In this document: positions 32,175 to 41,482 of the stretch, piece after piece
Layout of the letters: each line of letters opens with the position of its first letter
How positions within the stretch are numbered: the stretch's first letter is position 1
IMG/VR virus record: IMGVR_UViG_3300005264_000039
Span: 4,381 to 68,380 of that record
Direction: 5' to 3' (one strand)
DNA length: 64,000 bases
Source of the DNA: a virus
Position numbers and translations under genes: made by a program
The notes under the pieces: model-generated
What the model saw: the letters and a program-made list of their open reading frames with translations, nothing else
Databases searched by the model: none
What the model was told of the DNA's origin: nothing

Positions 32175-32505
32175 ATTATTACAGTATAGTAATTTCTTAT
32201 TTGAAAACAAAAAGGTAACTAATTTATTAACAGAAGACGACATACGTTCAACTGGAATGGGTCAGTCAGGGGAAGATATACAATTATCTAGCACAGCAAG
32301 GAAACAAATTCCATATAATTTTGAATGTAAAAATGTTGAAAAATTGAACATTTGGTCTGCAATATCGCAAGCAGAAGATGAGAGTAAAAAACACAAAACC
32401 ACACCAATTGTAGTTTTTAAGCGAAATAGAACAAAGACATATGTGACAATGGAATTTGATGCGTTTATTGAGCTACTAAAACAATCACAACCATATCAAA
32501 TATAA
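32144..32505 (+). CDS. Holliday junction resolvase-like PD-(D/E)xK nuclease, N-terminus apparently missing
   Basis: RRLQQYVRDKL, GMGQSGEDI, FECKNVE, AISQA, PIVVFKRNR; frame closed by TAA just upstream. Confidence 0.7.
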
Positions 32506-32550
32506 CTGCTAAGACACTATTGAATAATAATGGTGTCAAGATATAACAAC

Positions 32551-32580
32551 AAAAAACCCTGTCTTAAACAGGGTTTTTTG
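32551..32580. terminator. bidirectional terminator
   Basis: A7-CCCTGT-CTTAA-ACAGGG-T6 between convergent genes. Confidence 0.85.
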
Positions 32581-32778
32581 TTACATTTAATTAACTAATT
32601 TCACGCCATTGTACATGTAAAACAACATCATTAATTTGGTATTTTTTCCCATCGAAATATGTTTTTTGATTTAATCTCGATATGGATTCTTTCGTCAGTG
32701 GTATTGTTTCATTTAATTGAATTTTGAATATATTTTCCATTTTTTTGTTTATTTTTAATTGTTATTTATATTTTTTAA

Positions 32779-33120
32779 TTATTCGGGACTAAAACAACTA
32801 TTCAGCTGAAGTAAGTCAATAGCTCTTTTTATAACTTTGCCCATATCATCGTTTTCACCATTGCTAAAATCAAAAGTTCCAATTATTTTAGGTGTTGAAT
32901 TTTTACTTCGCTGTGTTCCGATTATAATATTTACATAATCACATTTATTATTGTCAATCGCTGTTAATATTGCTACTTTGTGGATATATGATGATTTGTT
33001 TTCTAACCATGTACCATTATCCACATCTTTATTAATATTTTCTGAATAATTATAGTGTACACACCCATCTTCAATATCGGAATATGTTTTTTTTAATTCT
33101 TCTTTTAAAAATTGTTCCAT
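32779..33120 (-). CDS. hypothetical protein
   Basis: 113 aa ORF; motif-2 promoter at 33156-33168. Confidence 0.6.
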   Translation of the reverse strand: MEQFLKEELKKTYSDIEDGCVHYNYSENINKDVDNGTWLENKSSYIHKVAILTAIDNNKCDYVNIIIGTQRSKNSTPKIIGTFDFSNGENDDMGKVIKRAIDLLQLNSCFSPE

Positions 33121-33199
33121 TTTAATTATATTTTAGAGTTTAATGACTATATAGTATAAATAAACGAACTTTTTTTTAATATTAGCTATTTATATAAAA

Positions 33200-33730
33200 A
33201 TGAATCCAGATAAAATTACATTAAAACGTATTAAATATTTACACCCATATTTACAACTTGATGCGTATTTGATATATCAAGATTTATATAATAGAGGTAT
33301 TAAAATTCGATATACATCTACATATAGAAGTTTCAACGAACAAAATACACTATATGCACAAGGTAGGATGAATTTAAAGGAATTAAATATATTACGGAAG
33401 AAAAATAATCTATACCAGCTGTCAGAAAAAGAAAATCGAGTAGTGACAAATGCAAAGGGCGGTCAGAGTTGGCATAATTATAGACTTGCATTGGATTTTT
33501 GTTTACTTGATAGACATAATGCTTATAATATGAATTATGATATAAACAATGACAACGAAAAAGATTGGATGCAAGTTGTTGAAATATTTAAATCATATAA
33601 TTGGGAATGGGGTAGTGAAGTTAATTTTAGAGGAGACACACCACATTTTCAAAAGACATTTGGGCATAGTATCGTAGATATACGTAAAAAATATGAAAAT
33701 AACGAATTTTTAGAATATGTAAAGTTATGA
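33200..33730 (+). CDS. M15 family L-Ala-D-Glu peptidase (endolysin)
   Basis: YRSFNEQNTLYAQGR, VTNAKGGQSWHNY.LALDF, WEWG, DTPHFQ. Confidence 0.92.
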   Translation: MNPDKITLKRIKYLHPYLQLDAYLIYQDLYNRGIKIRYTSTYRSFNEQNTLYAQGRMNLKELNILRKKNNLYQLSEKENRVVTNAKGGQSWHNYRLALDFCLLDRHNAYNMNYDINNDNEKDWMQVVEIFKSYNWEWGSEVNFRGDTPHFQKTFGHSIVDIRKKYENNEFLEYVKL

Positions 33731-33773
33731 AAAAAGTAATATATGTTATAATATTTATTATTTTACTGAAAGG

Positions 33774-34043
33774 TTAATTCAATATTTCAAAGTAAGTAAA
33801 AGGAAAAAAACTAGCTAAAGTATTATAGTATCGTAATTCTTCATATTTTAATTTATCATTTTCAAAGCAATTCTCATTTATAAAATAAATATCACCATAT
33901 TCATTAAGTTCAATCCTACCAATATAAAGACTATTACTTCCATGCCATTTAAACTTAACTTTAGTTCCTTGTTTAAGTAATGCTTTCTTTTTGTATGTTA
34001 ATTGATTTTCACGCTGTATCTTGAATCCTTTTATTTTCATCAT
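33774..34043 (-). CDS. hypothetical protein
   Basis: 89 aa ORF. Confidence 0.55.
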   Translation of the reverse strand: MMKIKGFKIQRENQLTYKKKALLKQGTKVKFKWHGSNSLYIGRIELNEYGDIYFINENCFENDKLKYEELRYYNTLASFFPFTYFEILN

Positions 34044-34046
34044 ATA

Positions 34047-34550
34047 TTATGATTTATTATATTTAATTGATAATTCATTCATTGCAATATTAATATCACC
34101 AATTGCACCAATCTTTTCCCAAAATAACTTAAATCCTTCTGATATGTCATGTAACCATATATGTTGTGCATTTGGCACTAATTGAGTAATTAACATATTT
34201 GTATTCTCATAGTAGTATTCAGCTAAATTTAATATTTTATGTTGTGTACTACCTAGATGAAACGAACCAAATTTCAATAAACTTTGTCGTTTTGCTAAAC
34301 TATGAATACATGACGTTCTTTCACGTTGTAAATGTACCCAATATGCATTTGGATATGATGTTTTTAATATCGGAATGAAATAACTCATACGATGGTCAAT
34401 TTCAATGTGATTATCGGGATATTTGAGATTATTATTTGTTAATCCAGATGTATTTGTTTCATGTCCACTTGTATAATTTTTTATGTGTGTGGTTGCTTTT
34501 GAAAATGTCACAGTACCACACCGACCAGTACCAACTACAAATATTCTCAT
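34047..34550 (-). CDS. sulfotransferase-like P-loop protein
   Basis: IFVVGTGRCGT, HE, YPNAYWVHLQR....IHS (PAPS-binding-like motifs). Confidence 0.65.
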   Translation of the reverse strand: MRIFVVGTGRCGTVTFSKATTHIKNYTSGHETNTSGLTNNNLKYPDNHIEIDHRMSYFIPILKTSYPNAYWVHLQRERTSCIHSLAKRQSLLKFGSFHLGSTQHKILNLAEYYYENTNMLITQLVPNAQHIWLHDISEGFKLFWEKIGAIGDINIAMNELSIKYNKS

Positions 34551-34580
34551 GTTATATATTTTGAAATATGGGTTTCATTT

Positions 34581-34853
34581 TTAATATAGTATTTGATTTA
34601 TCCGAATTGATAATTTATTTGATAATTTTCTAAATTTGGGTTTTTTATTTAGATAAATAAAATTACTATTCCATCCTGAAAATGGTAGAACGAAATACAT
34701 TATTGAATATTAATATGATTTATCTTGATATGTGGGTCTTTGTGATTTTTCTTTCCCACTTATAATATCCACTTTTTGTTTTTCCATATGTTTCGTCAAT
34801 CTAATAAATAAAAATTGGAAAAATATCCTGTTTGATAGTCCTAATTTGCTCAT
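34581..34853 (-). pseudogene. hypothetical gene with internal stop
   Basis: MSKLGLSNRIFFQF...KSY*YSIMYFVLPFSGW...; TAA at 34710-34712. Confidence 0.5.
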
Positions 34854-34855
34854 TG

Positions 34856-35140
34856 TTAATTGTTTTTATTACGTGAATTAATCCACGTTGTTATTTCACT
34901 TCGTGTTGGTGCTGAGTAAATACATTCATCGTATTTATTATGATTCATTCGTCTTGTATTCATCTTAACACGTTTTAATCCTTTTTTAACATATGGAATA
35001 TCTATATCCAACCAATACCAATGGGTTGGTTTATTAAATCCTTGTTTTTTTATATATTGTGCGGTTTTTAAATCTACAACATCAACATTATCAATTCCTA
35101 CTCCACATATGAAATTTAGTATTATATTATTTTCTTCCAT
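34856..35140 (-). CDS. hypothetical protein
   Basis: 94 aa; TAQYIKKQGF...YSAPT resembles 53938-54459. Confidence 0.6.
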   Translation of the reverse strand: MEENNIILNFICGVGIDNVDVVDLKTAQYIKKQGFNKPTHWYWLDIDIPYVKKGLKRVKMNTRRMNHNKYDECIYSAPTRSEITTWINSRNKNN

Positions 35141-35209
35141 TATTTCATTCTTTTTATAAATAAAGTAATTTTTTTAAATATATTGTTATATTTATATAAA
35201 AATTATATA

Positions 35210-35554
35210 ATGAATAAAAAAGAATTAATTAAACTAATTGAAATTGTTGTTAAACGTAAATTAAGTGAAAATAGTAAAATTGAACAATATGCTATCAATA
35301 CAAGAGATATGCATACTGCTATTCATAATTTATATGTGGTGAATAAGAAATCAGATGTAATAAGATTAGATAATCTATTTAAAGCATTGCGAAAAGCAAA
35401 AACTGAAGATAAAATAAATAATATATGGTATGTTATAAATAATAAATTTCCTGATTTAGAAGTGTTTGAAATTAATTATCGTGAAATTGATGATGATGAC
35501 ATGTATGGTAATATTCTTATATGGAATGATAATTCATATGATATTTACATGTAA
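35210..35554 (+). CDS. leader-bearing protein, putative internal head protein
   Basis: MNKKELIKLIEIVVKRKLSE leader; TATTTATA at 35189. Confidence 0.65.
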   Translation: MNKKELIKLIEIVVKRKLSENSKIEQYAINTRDMHTAIHNLYVVNKKSDVIRLDNLFKALRKAKTEDKINNIWYVINNKFPDLEVFEINYREIDDDDMYGNILIWNDNSYDIYM

Positions 35555-35556
35555 AC

Positions 35557-35592
35557 AAAAAAAAACGATATTATTCAATATCGTTTTTTTTA
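35557..35592. terminator. bidirectional terminator
   Basis: A-run CGATATT-ATTC-AATATCG T-run. Confidence 0.75.
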
Positions 35593-35703
35593 ATATATGT
35601 TTTGATTAACTTTTTGATATAATACCAATTAGTCATTCTCGATTTTACAGTAGCATTTTCATCAAGAATTTTATCAGTTGAAATTTTTATTTCACGAACA
35701 ACT

Positions 35704-36306
35704 TCAATTGGTACGTCCTCGTTGTCTTTTCGGTTCTTTCCCATTTTTTTTATTTTTTTGTGTGTTAATAGGTATTTCAAATGAATCATCAAAGAATGGA
35801 ATTATGAATTTGCGACCCTTTACAATTGTAAAGAAATCTTTAGCATCATTGTCATTTATAAAGACATTTCGTTCTGAAATAACTTTTCCAAATCGTTCAT
35901 CTGTATAAATCATTTGCATTTTCATACCATTATATGATTTATTATCTTTAGTTGTTTTTACTTTACTACCATATAATATACTTTCTTGGTCGAACATTTC
36001 TCCAAGTGTTAATATATCTTTTTTGGTTATATTTGGAATGAAGAATGATTGTTCTTTATTACCATAATAACCAATTACTGTTTGATAACCATAACCAAGT
36101 TGTCTGATTACTTTTTTAAGGTTATCGTTTTGTTGATTGTTTTCTTTCGATGATTGGTTTTTACCATTTTTATTCATGGCAGTGACCACACCAAACGTAT
36201 TTATACTTTTAACCAATCCTTTCATAATTAATGCTATTCTTGCATAACCAGACTCGTTTAATTGTTTTTTTACAATTGTTTCTATTAACTGTACTAATCT
36301 TTTCAT
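35704..36306 (-). CDS. leader-bearing DUF3293-like protein
   Basis: MKRLVQLIETIVKKQLNE leader; VTA.N..G, EN, G.Y...EQSF, LG..FDQESI. Confidence 0.65.
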   Translation of the reverse strand: MKRLVQLIETIVKKQLNESGYARIALIMKGLVKSINTFGVVTAMNKNGKNQSSKENNQQNDNLKKVIRQLGYGYQTVIGYYGNKEQSFFIPNITKKDILTLGEMFDQESILYGSKVKTTKDNKSYNGMKMQMIYTDERFGKVISERNVFINDNDAKDFFTIVKGRKFIIPFFDDSFEIPINTQKNKKNGKEPKRQRGRTN

Positions 36307-36615
36307 GTTATTTTTATATAAATATAAAACCAATGCAATTAAAAGTCCAAAAATGATTTTAATATACCAATTAATTATATTAAAAAATGTTAAAATTTAA
36401 TTTTATTTTGTACCAATCATACCCTAATTAATACATCAGTGGTCATAACCACGTGTTTTAGTAAGCAACTCAATATTCTTCCCATCTATAATATCCATTG
36501 TATGCCAATTGTTTCCGAGTTGGCTGTTTACTCGTTCACTTCCTATTTCTAAATTCATTTTAATGTAATTGGATTACTTCTTGTGTAAATAGTGTTTGTA
36601 CATGGATTTATAATA

Positions 36616-37287
36616 TCATTCATTTGGTAAATCATCTCTTTTTCCCATTCCATTTGCAGATGTTCTTTGTAAAGTAGTTAATGAATCATTAATAAATAGT
36701 TTAATCATGGAAATTTCATATAACTTAGTTGCAACACGAAAATCGCCAAATGAATAGGGAGTCCATTCAATTGAATCATTGTATATTGTCGAATGACAAA
36801 ATCCTAATATAGATACTTGTGCAGATATGGGTGGGTGACCATGTTTATATTTTAAAAAGTTTACATCATTTGGTATTTTAATATTATTTGGAAATAATAC
36901 CTGCCACATAACAAAATTATTAACAGATGTTATTAAAGTGTTTAATTTTAATAAACTATTGTCCAAATTAAACATATCATCATCATCAATATACAAAACA
37001 TATCCATTTTTGGTATATTTTAATAATTCATTTAAATATAGATTCCACGGTGCTGGTCTTCTTTTTGGTGGTACATTTATTATATCAGTTGGATGAATGT
37101 ATTTAACTCGAACTATTGTTATATCATCATATTCTTTGACATAATTCCATGTGAAATCATCATCGACACTTACTATTATATTATAATTCTTATATGTTTG
37201 ACGACGAATAGATTCAATACACTTTTTAAAGTAATTTGGTCTATTACTTGTACGAATTAGTATGTTAAATAGTGTGTCGTTTTTCAT
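36616..37287 (-). CDS. glycosyltransferase family 2
   Basis: ILIRTSNRP, CIESIRRQTY, VSVDD, LYIDDDD. Confidence 0.88.
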   Translation of the reverse strand: MKNDTLFNILIRTSNRPNYFKKCIESIRRQTYKNYNIIVSVDDDFTWNYVKEYDDITIVRVKYIHPTDIINVPPKRRPAPWNLYLNELLKYTKNGYVLYIDDDDMFNLDNSLLKLNTLITSVNNFVMWQVLFPNNIKIPNDVNFLKYKHGHPPISAQVSILGFCHSTIYNDSIEWTPYSFGDFRVATKLYEISMIKLFINDSLTTLQRTSANGMGKRDDLPNE

Positions 37288-37739
37288 TTGAAATTATTTA
37301 ATATTTTTTATATAGCTTCTGTTCTTAGAAATTTTGATTTTGTAACAGGTTTTATACCAATACCAAGCAAAATTCAGAATATTTTTTATATGTAAAATCT
37401 ATAAATTGGTCGAGTGTAACTGTATTCATAAAAACACTACTCCGCTTTTTATTTATAATATCGTTGCCTTTATAATATGTGTTTTTAAATTGTTTGCGTA
37501 ATTCATGTTATTATTTTTATATAAATAGATTGAGATTTGAGTTTTATTTTTCATTTTTTTTACTAATTTAGTATATTTAACTATATTATCCACATCATTA
37601 AATAGTTCATCATGCATACCATGTCTCATTCGTGCACCACGATTTTCAGTTTTTATGAATGGAAACTATTACTTTGTATATATAATTGTTTATAAGTGAA
37701 ATTACGGTGTACTATATCGGTATTTGATAGTATAGTTTA

Positions 37740-38057
37740 CTAAAAATAATTATATTTAATATTAACAACATATATTACCGATAATATAAATAAGAATATT
37801 TTTATTGTATGTGGTTTGTTAATATTATCATATGGAACAAAAGTATTAACATATAATAAAAATAATACATTACATAAAAATAAATAAATACGTATTAATA
37901 CATTAGTATCAGTGATATTACTAAATAAGTATAATAAAAGTAACATAGTAAATACAGTAGGAAGGATAATTATGTCAGATACTTTCTCATATGGTATTGA
38001 TGATATCATTATGAAAAATATATATATAAATATTAGTATCATTATTAAATTACTCAT
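37740..38057 (-). CDS. small multi-pass membrane protein
   Basis: Four hydrophobic segments in 105 aa. Confidence 0.55.
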   Translation of the reverse strand: MSNLIMILIFIYIFFIMISSIPYEKVSDIIILPTVFTMLLLLYLFSNITDTNVLIRIYLFLCNVLFLLYVNTFVPYDNINKPHTIKIFLFILSVIYVVNIKYNYF

Positions 38058-38097
38058 GTGTTTATTTTTTAATATGTATTTTTTATTTTTTAATAAG

Positions 38098-38340
38098 TTA
38101 AAATTTACAATGATAAATATTTATAATTCTATAATTATTTTCACTTACGAATATAACAGATGTATTATCATGTGAGAAGCTATATTCAAACATTGGAAAT
38201 GCAATTTGTAAACGTTTGAAGCATTCTTCAAATGTCATTGATATATCATCATTGAATTTTGTTATTTCTACGATTAGACGTGTAATAGTGTCAGTTATTA
38301 TAACATCACTAGACTCGAATTCAACTGCGAATATTTTCAT
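38098..38340 (-). CDS. hypothetical protein
   Basis: 80 aa; motif-2 promoter at 38355-38367. Confidence 0.55.
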   Translation of the reverse strand: MKIFAVEFESSDVIITDTITRLIVEITKFNDDISMTFEECFKRLQIAFPMFEYSFSHDNTSVIFVSENNYRIINIYHCKF

Positions 38341-38394
38341 AATTTATATTTTATACAAATAAAGTAATTTTTTTTGAATAATATATATTTACAT

Positions 38395-38428
38395 AAAAAA
38401 ACAAGTAAATATTTTACTTGTTTTTTTA
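38395..38428. terminator. terminator hairpin
   Basis: A-run CAAGTAAA-TAT-TTTACTTG T-run. Confidence 0.75.
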
Positions 38429-38538
38429 TTATATATAATGTTACTTAGAACATTCCGATTGTATATTCTTTATCTAATTTATTATACTTGTTAATTGTTG
38501 GTTTGTATATTTTATTCTTTTGTTATTTTGTTATTTTG

Positions 38539-39093
38539 TTATTTGAATTCATATGTTGGTATGAACTCTTTAGCATATTTTTTAAGTAATTTTACTAAAT
38601 ATATCGCCTGTTGTTTAGGAGTCAAAACCATATTCAAATCACCATTAATTGTATGTTTAATGTTAGTTTCATCTCGAATCATGAAAGTATGTAGAGTTCT
38701 ACTATGTAACGAGATATGGGTTGACAATTTAAAAAAGTTATTGTTTTTATCTTGAAAGAAGAATTCCATTAAATTATTATTCCCATTTTTAACAGGTACA
38801 CGAGCGTTATCAGGTGTTACCAACTTTAGTATTTCTTTACGTAATTCTTCGATGTAAGCATCTTTAACTGATTCCCATGTTTTGTTTAGTTTCCATTTTT
38901 TGGAATTGTTTTCACGTTTAAACTCTTCAAGCTCATCGTCCAGCTTTTTATACGCTGGTTTGATATTATCACGTAGTTTAATAATATCTTTTATTGTTGT
39001 TTTTTTGTTAAATTTAATTTTATCACTTTCATTCAATGTTTTACTAACTATTGATTCGATTAAACTTGTTAATTGTTGGTTTACATTTTTCAT
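38539..39093 (-). CDS. leader-bearing protein, putative internal head protein
   Basis: MKNVNQQLTSLIESIVSKTLNE leader; TATTTATA on minus strand at 39107-39114. Confidence 0.65.
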   Translation of the reverse strand: MKNVNQQLTSLIESIVSKTLNESDKIKFNKKTTIKDIIKLRDNIKPAYKKLDDELEEFKRENNSKKWKLNKTWESVKDAYIEELRKEILKLVTPDNARVPVKNGNNNLMEFFFQDKNNNFFKLSTHISLHSRTLHTFMIRDETNIKHTINGDLNMVLTPKQQAIYLVKLLKKYAKEFIPTYEFK

Positions 39094-39152
39094 ATTAATA
39101 TTTTTATATAAATATAACTAAATAGTTATTAAATACTATTTATAATAAAATA

Positions 39153-39518
39153 ATGAAAATAAGAAGACTACCAAATTTCTTACAGAATATGAAAATGTTG
39201 CCTTTTATAATAAATGGTATTACACTGATGCCATTTGGCATATTCATTAGAAAAGGACAAGAAAACAATAAAAGACTTATTAATCACGAATCAATTCATG
39301 CTCAACAACAAAAAGAATTATTATTTATATTCTTTTATATATTATATGGCATTGATTTTATATTGAAATTTCTTAAGTATGGAAACTTAGTTGATACGCA
39401 TCGTGAAATTATGTTTGAACGTGAAGCATACACAAATCAATATGATTTTTCATATTTAAACAAACGTAAATATTGGTCATTTATTAAATATATGTTTAAA
39501 AATAATAAAAAAAACTAA
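39153..39518 (+). CDS. HExxH-motif small membrane-associated protein
   Basis: GITLMPFGIF, LINHESIHAQQQKEL, FEREAY. Confidence 0.7.
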   Translation: MKIRRLPNFLQNMKMLPFIINGITLMPFGIFIRKGQENNKRLINHESIHAQQQKELLFIFFYILYGIDFILKFLKYGNLVDTHREIMFEREAYTNQYDFSYLNKRKYWSFIKYMFKNNKKN

Positions 39519-39530
39519 ATAATAAATAAT

Positions 39531-40244
39531 ATGATAACACTCAACTCTGTCAATGAATTATATTCATCGTATTTAAGTAAACCTAAATATAAAGATGTAT
39601 CATTATATTGGAGGACATATTTAAAATCATATCCATTTAATATACAATTATGGTTAATTAAAAATTCAACAACAAGTAGTATGCCGAGTGTACGAACTAT
39701 GATTCAAGCAAATGATTCAAATGTAATATACATAGGTGAAAATATGGATTCTACTTGGGAACTATTTGCAAGTAATTCTGATAGTTTTAATAAGTTCCGT
39801 TCAGGATTTATATATCAAGGACAAATTTCAAGCTATATATTATTCAATAATGAATTAACATTCATTCAAAAAAATATATTTCAAACTGAACCATATATTA
39901 AAATTATATTTGGTGATATAATTGTCCAACCTAAAATAATTAATAAATATGCATATGAACATTTTAATACTTATTATGATTATTATTCAAATGTAACAGA
40001 ACTATATCAAAGTGGAACTGGTAATATTTTAATGACTCCACTAACATCACCAATGTATTATGGTGAGCATGTTTCTACGTTTATTGCTAAATACGACAAT
40101 GTTGAAAAGATTGTTAATACATTTAAACGAATTATGTTTAATGATATTGAAACTCGTCAGACATATGTATTACCATCATCATATAAACAAAGTGAGTTAT
40201 ATGAAGTTACGAAAACGACACCCAAAACATCTTTGATTAGATAA
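39531..40244 (+). CDS. hypothetical protein
   Basis: 237 aa ORF. Confidence 0.65.
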   Translation: MITLNSVNELYSSYLSKPKYKDVSLYWRTYLKSYPFNIQLWLIKNSTTSSMPSVRTMIQANDSNVIYIGENMDSTWELFASNSDSFNKFRSGFIYQGQISSYILFNNELTFIQKNIFQTEPYIKIIFGDIIVQPKIINKYAYEHFNTYYDYYSNVTELYQSGTGNILMTPLTSPMYYGEHVSTFIAKYDNVEKIVNTFKRIMFNDIETRQTYVLPSSYKQSELYEVTKTTPKTSLIR

Positions 40245-40273
40245 AAAAATCCCATGTAATATGGGATTTTTTT
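40244..40273. terminator. bidirectional terminator
   Basis: AAAAAATCCCAT-GTAAT-ATGGGATTTTTT. Confidence 0.85.
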
Positions 40274-40349
40274 GCTTTGGTGATGTTTATATTAGAACCC
40301 ATACGACATAAACACATTATCAATTACCCATTTATCATCGTTATTTACT

Positions 40350-40670
40350 TCATCCGAAGTATATGTTATTTTTAATTGTATTTTTATTTAACAATGGTTT
40401 AATGTGGATTGGGTTTACACTCAAAACTTCAAAACTACCTTCATGTGTATGTCCAGTTCCATCTACAAATTGGTAGTTGGCTTTTATTTTAACTATAAAA
40501 TATCTATAATCATCATTAAATTTATTCAATTCGTAACTATTGAGATTATCTTGTAAAATTGTTCCATCGAATATTTTTTTTTCTAAGAAACTCAATGGGG
40601 CTTCACACACAAATAAATTATTTTCAACATCTTTGGTAACTGCTATATTAAAAATTTCACTATTATTCAT
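40350..40670 (-). CDS. hypothetical protein
   Basis: 106 aa ORF in minus-strand operon. Confidence 0.6.
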   Translation of the reverse strand: MNNSEIFNIAVTKDVENNLFVCEAPLSFLEKKIFDGTILQDNLNSYELNKFNDDYRYFIVKIKANYQFVDGTGHTHEGSFEVLSVNPIHIKPLLNKNTIKNNIYFG

Positions 40671-41145
40671 CTTTTTGTTTTTTAATATGAGTACATTTTA
40701 TTAATGGTAAATTACTAAATTTTATTGGGTTATCATAATTAACCGATATATATTGTGATGTATGAACCCACCTATCAATTGGTTGATGTTCTGCATTTTC
40801 CCAGCTACGAGTATATCGTAGTACTTGATATATATCGAATGCTTGTTTCGATTGGATTGGTATTTCATCACATGTAATTCCACGAAATGCATTATTTAAT
40901 GTTAACGATTCATCATCAGTAGTGTTACCAACAACATGTGATTTTAATTGTTTGGTAAATAAATCGATAAAATCATTTGATATGACATTTTTTTTATTAA
41001 CACCATATTCAATTGAATTGATGTATCTAAATATTTCTTTATACTGTAATAATCCTATTCTACCGATTAATTCCATTGCACTTTCAATTAAAACTAATTG
41101 TTGTTCATTTAATATAATTTCGTATTTTTTATTTGTATCTTCCAT
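40663..41145 (-). CDS. hypothetical phage protein
   Basis: 160 aa ORF in operon. Confidence 0.65.
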   Translation of the reverse strand: MEDTNKKYEIILNEQQLVLIESAMELIGRIGLLQYKEIFRYINSIEYGVNKKNVISNDFIDLFTKQLKSHVVGNTTDDESLTLNNAFRGITCDEIPIQSKQAFDIYQVLRYTRSWENAEHQPIDRWVHTSQYISVNYDNPIKFSNLPLIKCTHIKKQKDE

Positions 41146-41476
41146 GCTGGGCTGTGTTAATATTTGATATTGCGTTTAGCATTATTAATATGATTCGATT
41201 ATCTTTATATTTATGAGCAATTTCATACAACCAATAATAATTGAATTCTGAGTTTTTTAATATGTTTATTATATTTGGTGAGAATGTGTTTTTTAATTGT
41301 ATAATTAATCTAGTATCCGCCAAATCATTGAGTTGTTTAAATAGACTCCCCTTCCTATCATTAAAATATCGGATTGAATATAATTTTTGTTCAAATGGAT
41401 TCATTTTTAAAATTTCGGGTGAAAATTTAGACTCCAATTTTTCGATTGCTTTTTTTGTTTTTTCGTATAATTTCAT
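41129..41476 (-). CDS. hypothetical protein
   Basis: 115 aa ORF in operon. Confidence 0.55.
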   Translation of the reverse strand: MKLYEKTKKAIEKLESKFSPEILKMNPFEQKLYSIRYFNDRKGSLFKQLNDLADTRLIIQLKNTFSPNIINILKNSEFNYYWLYEIAHKYKDNRIILIMLNAISNINTAQHGRYK

Positions 41477-41482
41477 GTTATT

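Noticed and set aside
37740-38057. Holin call
   Set aside because: Hydrophobicity only; not adjacent to a lysin and under a motif-2 rather than late-type promoter.
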